DNA from: Eledone cirrhosa
Taxonomy: Eukaryota
Assembly: GCA_964016885.1 (NCBI GenBank)
Contig: OZ024766.1
Span: 6,572,001-6,636,000, forward strand
Length of the DNA stretch: 64,000 nucleotides
Direction of reading: 5' to 3'
Each line of letters starts with the position of its first letter. Position 1 is the stretch's first letter. Positions 53,849 to 64,000 of this stretch are shown here, piece after piece. The notes under the pieces are model-generated. The model ran no database searches. It was not told the origin of the DNA and saw nothing but the letters and a program-made list of their open reading frames with translations. Both the position numbers and the translations under genes were made by a program.

Positions 53849-53890
<42 letters not shown>

Positions 53891-53993
53891 AAGCTTCTAC
53901 AGGACTAGAACTGTTTGATTCATGTGAAATCATCAGGAAGCTTCCTGATGATTTTACTTGAATGAAACAGTTCTATTCCTGTAGAAGCTTTTC
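53746..53993. ncRNA. Two tandem 106-bp palindromic double-hammerhead cassettes
   Basis: 53746-53851 and 53888-53993, each centred on GGAAGCTTCC; + strand core intact, - strand core has GAAA changed to CAAA. Confidence 0.75.
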
Positions 53994-54084
53994 TATATTA
54001 AACATTTATACTTTGCTATTTATTGAGTACTTTATTTAATGTGGTTACCTTTGGTTGAACCAAGTATAAACTTATATATGTATG

Positions 54085-54930
54085 TGGAGACGCGTGGCCT
54101 AGTGGTAAGGGTGTTGGACTTACAATTATAATGTCGTGGGTTCGATTCCTGGGTTGTGTGTTGTTTCCTTGAGCAAGACACTTCATTTCACGTTGCTCCA
54201 GTATACTCAGCTGAAAATGAGTACCAGCAATAGCTGGAGGTTTAACCCTGCGATGGACTGGTGTCCTGTCCAGGGGGAGTCTTGTACTATCAGTTATTTA
54301 ACACCAATGAAACTAAGACAGACTTTAACCCTGTGATGGACTGGTGTCTTGTCCAGGGGGAAGTCTTGTACTCTCAGTCACTTAACACCAATGAAACTAA
54401 GACAAACTTTAACCCTGTGATGGACTGGTGTCCTGTCCAGGGGGAAGTCTTGTACTCTCAGTCACTTAACACCAATGAAACTAAGACAAACTTTAACCCT
54501 GTGATGGACTGGTGTCCTGTCCAGGGGGAAGTCTTGTACTCTCAGTCACTTAACACCAATGAAACTAAGACAGACTTTAACCCTGTGATGGACTGGTGTC
54601 CTGTCCAGGGGGAAGTCTTGTACTCTCAGTCACTTAACACCAATGAAAGTAAGACAGACTTTAACCCTGTGATGGACTGGTGTCTTGTCCAGGGGGAAGT
54701 CTTGTACTCTCAGTCACTTAACACCAATGAAACTAAGACAGACTTTAACCCTGTGATGGACTGGTGTCCTGTCCAGGGGGAAGTCTTGTACTTTCAGTCA
54801 CTTAACACCAATGATACTAAGGCAGACTTTAACCCTGTGATGGACTGGTATCCTGTCCAGGGAAAAGTCTTGTACTCTCAGTCACTTAACACCAAGACAG
54901 ACTTAAGACAGACTTAAGACAGACTTTAGA
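54085..54930 (+). mobile_element. SINE family C (tRNA head, CORE-like body) with 84-bp 3' module x8
   Basis: tggcctagtggtaag A box, ggttcgattcc B box, ccttgagcaagacac core, then tandem accctgtgatggactggtgtcctgtccaggggg units. Confidence 0.85.
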
Positions 54931-54931
54931 C

Positions 54932-54978
<47 letters not shown>

Positions 54979-54980
<2 letters not shown>

Positions 54981-55317
54981 GGACCATAAATCCAACTTCG
55001 GCCACAAACCATCCATCAGGCTTATAAACCCAACAAAGTCGGACACGGGGAGAATCAGTAAAAAGATCCTACAGTGCGTTATACTAAATGTCAAGCAAAA
55101 CGCGAGATCTAGCCTCTGGTACAGCACCCAGGAAGTCATCTCATGGTTCAGGAATATCGAGGACAAATGTGACACCAAATTCATCCAGTTCGACGTAGAG
55201 GGCTATTATGCTTCTGTTACCCAACCTCTCGTTAAGGCTGCTTTGGATTACGCCAAAATACTTTCAACCATCACCGACCAGAATAAGAATCCAGAAATAG
55301 CCGTTGAAACGGCTTGA
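54979..55317 (+). pseudogene. Penelope-like retroelement reverse transcriptase fragment (112 codons, no start)
   Basis: KDHKSNFGHKPSIRLINPTKSDTGRISKKIL...WYSTQEVISWFRNIEDKCDTKFIQFDVEGYYASVT: RT motifs 1-3 of the KDHK/RLINP type; flanked by (TA)n; absent from the ORF track. Confidence 0.8.
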
Positions 55318-55377
55318 GCTCTGCCGTCGGGGTCTTGTATATATACATATGTATATATATATATATATGTGTATACA

Positions 55378-55432
<55 letters not shown>

Positions 55433-55463
55433 GTATATATACATATGTATATATATACATATG

Positions 55464-55778
<315 letters not shown>

Positions 55779-55830
55779 GTATATATATGTATATATGTAT
55801 ATGTATATATATGTATATGTATATATATGT

Positions 55831-55862
<32 letters not shown>

Positions 55863-55979
55863 GTATATATATGTATATATGTATATGTATATATATGTAT
55901 ATGTATATATATGTATATATATATATATGTATATATATGTATATATGTATATGTATATATATGTATATGTATATATATG

Positions 55980-56028
<49 letters not shown>

Positions 56029-56029
56029 G

Positions 56030-56063
<34 letters not shown>

Positions 56064-56071
56064 TGTATATG

Positions 56072-56102
<31 letters not shown>

Positions 56103-56109
56103 GTATATG

Positions 56110-56140
<31 letters not shown>

Positions 56141-56261
56141 GTATATGTATATATATATATATGTATATATATATATGTATATATATATATGTGTATATAT
56201 ATATGTGTATATATATATGTATATATATATATGTATATATATATATGTGTATATATATATG

Positions 56262-56292
<31 letters not shown>

Positions 56293-56293
56293 G

Positions 56294-56324
<31 letters not shown>

Positions 56325-56654
56325 GTATATATATATCTATATGTATATATATGTATATATGTATATATACATATGTATATATATATACATATGTATATAT
56401 ATATCTATATGTATATATATCTATATGTATATATACATATGTATATATATATCTATATGTATATATATATATGTATATATATATCTATATGTATATATCT
56501 ATATGTATATATCTATATGTATATATATATATGTATATATATATCTATATGTATATATCTATATGTATATATATATATGTATATATATATCTATATGTAT
56601 ATATATATCTATATCACAGTTGAAAATTGCAAACTCGACTGTCACCACATATCA

Positions 56655-56693
56655 TGAACCTGAAGATTGCGAAAGCATGAAAGTACTTGTTCA
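56655..56693 (+). ncRNA. Minimal type-I hammerhead ribozyme motif
   Basis: TGAAC-CTGAAGA-ttgcgaaagcat-GAAA-gtac-TT-GTTCA; perfect stem I, GNRA-capped stem II, palindromic loop III. Confidence 0.75.
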
Positions 56694-57097
56694 ATTAACA
56701 CTTAGAATTTAATATTCTATCATACTATTTCATTATAATACCATTATATATATTTTAAAGGATTGTAAATAAAACGAGTAAATCAGACAAAGTTGGAATT
56801 CCTCTTATTAATATATATACATCTATATGTATATATATATATACATATGTATATATATATACATATGTATATATATCTATATGTATATATATATATATAC
56901 ATACATAAACACTCCCTTCCACCACACACACCTCTATTGATCCCTGATTAGATTACAAACCTCCTCCCTCTCTATCTCACCACCCTCCCCCACTGCACGC
57001 ACCACCCTCCTATATACACCAACACCTACACATATTTCTCTAAACATCTGGGACGGACACACACGTGTGTATATATATATATATATATATATGTATT

Positions 57098-57136
<39 letters not shown>

Positions 57137-57870
57137 GTGTATATATGTATGTGTATATATATGTATATGTATGTGTATATATATGTATATGTATGTGTAT
57201 ATATATGTATATGTATGTATATATATATATGTGTATATATATATATGTGTATATATATATATGTGTGTGTGTGTATATATATATGTGTGTATATATATGT
57301 ATATGTATGTATATATATGTGTATATATATATGTATATGTATGTATATATATGTGTATATATATATATGTGTGTGTGTGTATATATAAATGTATGTGTAT
57401 ATCTATATATGTATGTGTATATATATGTATGTGTATATATATATATATATATATATGTGTATATATATGTATGTGTATATATATATATATATATATATGT
57501 GTGTATATATATGTATGTATGTATATATATATATATATGTGTATATATATATGTATGTGTATATATGTATGTGTGTATATATATATATATATGTATGTGT
57601 ATATATATATATATATGTATGTGTATATATATATATGTATGTGTATATATATGTATATATGTATGTGTATATATATATGTATATATGTATGTATATATAC
57701 ATACATATATATATAGATACAAACACTCATACCATATACTCACAAACACACGGATATATATATATATTTGTATATATATACACACACACATACACTCACA
57801 GATATATATATATGAAAGTGATATATATATATATATATACACACACATACACTCACAGATATATATGAAA

Positions 57871-57915
<45 letters not shown>

Positions 57916-58079
57916 TACACACACATATACTCACTCTCACATATACACACATATATATATATATACACACACTCACACACAAACTGCCACACCCATACAC
58001 ACCCATATACACACAAGGGTTTATACACCAGGTGTATATAAAAACAGCTGTGGTATATATACAGACATATTTATTTAAA

Positions 58080-58156
58080 ATGGCCGCTAACAAGAGAGAA
58101 GAACGTACTTTGTGGGACTCCGAGGTGGACAATGACACTGTTAGTATGAGTACAAT
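58080..58156 (+). CDS. Probable first coding exon of a downstream gene, product unknown
   Basis: aaaATGG context; MAANKREERTLWDSEVDNDTVSMST then AT|gtaagt donor; unique island among (TA)n; TATATAAAA ~40 bp upstream. No following exon identified. Confidence 0.45.
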
Positions 58157-58330
58157 GTAAGTATTGAGTGTATATACTATATATATATATTGTGTCTATA
58201 ATGTGTATATAATATGGAAAATATTATTTATATATATGTACTGTGTGTATATGTGTATGATTATGTTATATTATACATACTATATATATATATATAGTGT
58301 ATAATATTGTGTATATAATATGTAAAATAT

Positions 58331-61029
58331 ATCATCATCATCATTTTATGTCCGCTTTTCCCTGCTTGCAAGGGTGGGATGGGTCTTATTCAGCACAGCA
58401 TCTCTCCACTTGTCACGGTCCTTCGTCATCTCCACCGTGAGCTTCAGCGATCTGAGGTTGTTCTCACCACCTCCGCCCTTGTTTTTCGTGGTCTACCTCT
58501 ACCACGTCTTCCTTCAACTGGCATTTCCTGGCACTTCTTCACCCATCGGTCATCCTCCATGCACATCACATGTCCATACCACCTCGGTCTCCTCTCTCAC
58601 ACACTACATTCTATCCCTCTCAGACACAGTTTCTCTGTCAACACATCACATGTCCATACCACCTCAGTCTCCTCTCTCGCACACTACATTCTATCCCTCT
58701 CAGACACAGTTTCTCTCTCAACACATCACATGTCCATACCACCTCAGTCTCCTCTCCCACACACTACATTCTATCCCTCTCAGACACAGTTTCTCTCTCA
58801 ACACATCACATGTCCATACCACCTCAGTCTCCTCTCTCGCACACTACATTCTATCCCTCTCAGACACAGTTTCTCTCTCAACACATCACATGTCCATACC
58901 ACCTCAGTCTCCTCTCTCGCACACTACATTCTATCCCTCTCAGACACAGTTTCTCTCACAACTCATCACATGTCCATACCACTGCAGTCTCCTCTCTCGC
59001 ACACTACATTCTATCCCTCTCAGACACAGTTTCTCTCTCAACACATCACATGTCCATACCATCTCAGTCTCCTCTCCCACACACTACATTCTATCCCTCT
59101 CAGACACAGTTTCTCTCTCAACACATCACATGTCCATACCACCTCAGTCTCCTCTCTCGCACACTACATTCTATCCCTCTCAGACACAGTTTCTCTCTCA
59201 ACACATCACATGTCCATACCACCTCAGTCTCCTCTCCCGTACACTACATTCTATCCCTCTCAGACACAGTTTCTCTCTCAACACATCACATGTCCATACC
59301 ACCTCAGTCTCCTCTCCCACACACTACATTCTATCCCTCTCAGACACAGTTTCTCTCTCAACACATCACATGTCCATACCACCTCAGTCTCCTCTCTCGC
59401 ACACTACATTCTATCCCTCTCAGACACAGTTTCTCTCTCAACACATCACATGTCCATATCACCTCAGTCTCCTCTCCCACACACTACATTCTATCCCTCT
59501 CAGACACAGTTTCTCTCTCAACACATCACATGTCCATACCACTTCAGTCTCCTCTCCCACACACTACATTCTATCCCTCTCAGACACAGTTTCTCTCTCA
59601 ACACATCACATGTCCATACCACCTCAGTCTCCTCTCCCGTACACTACATTCTATCCCTCTCAGACACAGTTTCTCTCTCAACATATCACATGTCCATACC
59701 ACCTCAGTCTCCTCTCCCACACACTACATTCTATCCCTCTCAGACACAGTTTCTCTCTCAACTCATCACATGTCCATACCACCTCAGTCTCCTCTCCCAC
59801 ACACTACATTCTATCCCTCTCAGACACAGTTTCTCTCTCAACTCATCACATGTCCATACCACCTCAGTCTCCTCTCCCACACACTACATTCTATCCCTCT
59901 CAGACACAGTTTCTCTCTCAACACATCACATGTCCATACCACCTCAGTCTCCTCTCCCACACACTACATTCTATCCCTCTCAGACACAGTTTCTCTCTCA
60001 ACACATCACATGTCCATACCACTTCAGTCTCCTCTCCCACACACTACATTCTATCCCTCTCAGACACAGTTTCTCTCTCAACACATCACATGTCCATACC
60101 ACCTCAGTCTCCTCTCTCGCACACTACATTCTATCCCTCTCAGACACAGTTTCTCTCTCAACACATCACATGTCCATACCACCTCAGTCTCCTCTCTCGC
60201 ACACTACATTCTATCCCTCTCAGACACAGTTTCTCTCACAACTCATCACATGTCCATACCACTGCAGTCTCCTCTCTCGCACACTACATTCTATCCCTCT
60301 CAGACACAGTTTCTCTCTCAACACATCACATGTCCATACCACCTCAGTCTTCTCTCCCGTACACTACATTCTATCCCTCTCAGACACAGTTTCTCTCTCA
60401 ACACATCACATGTCCATACCACCTCAGTCTCCTCTACCGTACACTACATTCTATCCCTCTCAGACACAGTTTCTCTCTCAACTCATCACATGTCCATACC
60501 ACCTCAGTCTCCTCTCCCGTACACTACATTCTATCCCTCTCAGACACAGTTTCTCTCTCAACACATCACATGTCCATACCACCTCAGTCTCCTCTCCCGT
60601 ACACTACATTCTATCCCTCTCAGACACAGTTTCTCTCTCAACTCATCACATGTCCATACCACCTCAGTCTCCTCTCCCGTACACTACATTCTATCCCTCT
60701 CAGACACAGTTTCTCTCTCAACACATCACATGTCCATACCACCTCAGTCTCCTCTCCCGCACACTACATTCTATCCCTCTCAGACACAGTTTCTCTCTCA
60801 ACACATCACATGTCCATACCATCACAGTCTTCTCTCCCACACACCACAACTTATTCCTCTCATACCCAGTTTCTCTCTCAACTCGTCCATGCTTGGTCCT
60901 TTTCGTACATTGACATTGCACATCCATCACAGCATGCTTGCCTCATTTCTCTCCAGCCGTCGCATATCCTCTGCAGTTACTGCCCATGTCTCACTACCAT
61001 GCACCATCGCGCTCCTGCACACAGGCATC
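58331..61029 (-). mobile_element. 5'-truncated RTE-clade LINE with an 80-bp internal segment amplified ~28 times (58562-60880)
   Basis: Minus strand LREKLCLRGIECSVRERRLRWYGHVM...VEGRRGRGRPRKT is the RTE ORF C-terminus; 3' tail ends in (ATG)n. Confidence 0.9.
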
Positions 61030-61339
61030 ATATATATATATACTATGTGTATAATGTTATGCGTATAATGTGTATATTATATGTAAAATATATATATATA
61101 TATTTATATACTGTGTACAATGTTGTATGTATGATGTGTATATAATATGTAAAATATATTTTATATATATAAATATATACATGTGTGTATAATTTTGTGT
61201 ATATAATGTGTATGTGTATATATAATGTATATATAATATGTAAAATATTTTATATATATATATATATCGACAGTCGATATCGTGAGCTTATGATTTTGAT
61301 TCCCAGACCAGGTGATATCCAGCAGAAGCAAGGGGGACA

Positions 61340-61383
61340 ACCGTCTATGCATTTCAGGCTCAACTGGCCCTCGTCAGGACGGT
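61340..61383 (-). ncRNA. Minimal type-I hammerhead ribozyme motif
   Basis: Minus strand ACCGTC-CTGACGA-gggccagttgagcct-GAAA-tgca-TA-GACGGT; perfect 6-bp stem I, palindromic loop III. Confidence 0.8.
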
Positions 61384-61619
61384 CCCTCCCACCGCTTGCG
61401 ACTAAAAGACAGGCGAGAATATATACTTTTCTCGTCTGTGATATATATATATATATATATGTTTCTTTTTCGGTTTTCACTCGTTTGTCTATATTTTTTT
61501 TCTTACTCTTGTTAACCTTTCTCTCACTCTGGCTTCCAATGAAGGACTATTGTCCGAAACGTCAGGGCTGTCCTCCTGCTATATCATGTGTTTAACTAAT
61601 ATGTATGATTGTACTGCCT

Positions 61620-64000
61620 TCTGGAAACCAGTCCATTGCAGGGTTAAAGTCTGTCTTAATGTCATTGGTGTTAAGTGACTGAGAGTACAAGACTTCCCCC
61701 TGGACAGGACACCAGTCCATCACAGGGTTAAAGTCTGTTTTAGTTTGATTGGTGTTAAGTGACTGAGAGTACAAGACTTCCCCCTGGACAGGACACCAGT
61801 CCACCACAGGGTTAAAGTCTGTCTTAGTTTCATTGGTGTTAAGTGACTGAGAGTACAAGACTTCCCCCTCGACAGGACACCAGTCCATCACAGGGTTAAA
61901 GTCTGTCTTAGTTTCATTGGTGTTAAGTGACTGAGAGTACAAGACTTCCCCCTGGACAGGACACCAGTCCATCACAGGGTTAAAGTATGTTTTAGTTTCA
62001 TTGGTGTTAAGTGACTGAGAGTACAAGACTTCCCCCTGGACAGGACACCAGTCCACCACAGGGTTAAAGTCTGTCTTAGTTTCATTGGTATTAAGTGACT
62101 GAGAGTAGAAGACTTCCCCCTGGACAGGACACCAGTCCATCACAGGGTTGAAGTCTGTCTTAGTTTCATTGGTATTAAGTGACTGAGAGTACAAGACTTC
62201 CCCCTGGACAGGACACCAGTCCACCACAGGGTTAAAGTATGTCTTAGTTTCATTGGTGTTAAGTGACTGAGAGTACAAGACTTCCCCCTGGACAGGACAC
62301 CAGTCCATCACAGGGTTAAAGTCTGTCTTAGTTTCATTGGTGTTAAGTGACTGAGAGTACAAGACTTCCCCCTGGACAGGACACCAGTCCACCACAGGGT
62401 TAAAGTATGTCTTAGTTTCATTGGTGTTAAGTGACTGAGAGTACAAGACTTCCCCCTGGACAGGACACCAGTCCACCACAGGGTTAAAGTATGTCTTAGT
62501 TTCATTGGTGTTAAGTGACTGAGAGTACAAGACTTCCCCCTGGACAGGACACCAGTCCATCACAGGGTTAAAGTCTGTCTTAGTTTCATTGGTGTTAAGT
62601 GACTGAGAGTACAAGACTTCCCCCTGGACAGGACACCAGTCCATCAGAGGGTTAAAGTCTGTCTTAGTTTCATTGGTGTTAAGTGACTGAGAGTACAAGA
62701 CTTCCCCCTGGACAGGACACCAGTCCATCACAGGGTTAAAGTCTGTCTTAGTTTCATTGGTGTTAAGTGACTGAGAGTACAAGACTTCCCCCTGGACAGG
62801 ACACCAGTCCATCACAGGGTTAAAGTCTGTCTTAGTTTCATTGGTGTTAAGTGACTGAGAGTACAAGACTTCCCCCTGGACAGGACACCAGTCCATCACA
62901 GGGTTAAAGTCTGTCTTAGTTTCATTGGTGTTAAGTGACTGAGAGTACAAGACTTCCCCCTGGACAGGACACCAGTCCATCACAGGGTTAAAGTCTGTCT
63001 TAGTTTCATTGGTGTTAAGTGACTGAGAGTACAAGACTTCCCCCTGGACAGGACACCAGTCCATCACAGGGTTAAAGTATGTTTTAGTTTCATTGGTGTT
63101 AAGTGACTGAGAGTACAAGACTTCCCCCTGGACAGGACACCAGTCCACCACAGGGTTAAAGTCTGTCTTAGTTTCATTGGTATTAAGTGACTGAGAGTAG
63201 AAGACTTCCCCCTGGACAGGACACCAGTCCATCACAGGGTTAAAGTCTGTCTTAGTTTCATTGGTATTAAGTGACTGAGAGTACAAGACTTCCCCCTGGA
63301 CAGGACACCAGTCCACCACAGGGTTAAAGTATGTCTTAGTTTCATTGGTGTTAAGTGACTGAGAGTACAAGACTTCCCCCTGGACAGGACACCAGTCCAT
63401 CACAGGGTTAAAGTCTGTCTTAGTTTCATTGGTGTTAAGTGACTGAGAGTACAAGACTTCCCCCTGGACAGGACACCAGTCCATCACAGGGTTAAAGTCT
63501 GTCTTAGTTTCATTGGTGTTAAGTGACTGAGAGTACAAGACTTCCCCCTCGACAGGACACCAGTCCATCACAGGGTTAAAGTCTGTCTTAGTTTCATTGG
63601 TGTTAAGTGACTGAGAGTACAAGACTTCCCCCTGGACAGGACACCAGTCCATCACAGGGTTAAAGTCTGTCTTAGTTTCATTGGTGTTAAGTGACTGAGA
63701 GTACAAGACTTCCCCCTGGACAGGACACCAGTCCATCACAGGGTTAAAGTCTGTCTTAGTTTCATTGGTGTTAAGTGACTGAGAGTACAAGACTTCCCCC
63801 TGGACAGGACACCAGTCCATCACAGGGTTAAAGTCTGTCTTAGTTTCATTGGTGTTAAGTGACTGAGAGTACAAGACTTCCCCCTGGACAGGACACCAGT
63901 CCATCACAGGGTTAAAGTATGTTTTAGTTTCATTGGTGTTAAGTGACTGAGAGTACAAGACTTCCCCCTGGACAGGACACCAGTCCACCACAGGGTTAAA
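61620..64000 (-). repeat. 84-bp SINE-C-derived satellite, at least 28 copies, runs off the window
   Basis: Reverse complement of the unit at 54241-54900. Confidence 0.95.

Noticed and set aside
58374-61145. Three overlapping 830-920 aa ORFs
   Set aside because: Stop-free 80-bp tandem on the antisense strand of an RTE fragment; open in all three frames.
61592-63991. 799-aa ORF with a 28-aa repeat
   Set aside because: Translation of the SINE-derived 84-bp satellite.

Overview
Repeat-dense, AT-rich animal genomic DNA; the SINE types and (TA)n/(TATG)n load suggest an octopus/cephalopod, which is inference only. Almost all long ORFs in the track are repeat artefacts. Reading splice sites by hand gives the 3' part of one + strand gene (10 phase-consistent GT-AG exons, 8537-49706). 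It encodes a neurexin-superfamily (Caspr/Nrx-IV/axotactin-like) type I membrane protein: end of a laminin-G domain, Thr-rich stalk, TM helix, and an unusually long (~400 aa) cytoplasmic tail ending in EVNV. A probable first coding exon of a second gene lies at 58080-58156. The rest is SINEs, RTE and Tx1-like LINE ends, a Helitron, Hsmar2-like mariner, piggyBac- and hAT-like MITEs, a Penelope-like RT fragment, and many minisatellites, most traceable to a tandemly amplified module of a transposon. The most striking hidden structure is about a dozen type-I hammerhead ribozyme motifs, including palindromic cassettes with a hammerhead on both strands (53331-53993), plus a 4-copy CUGANGA hairpin just after the stop codon.
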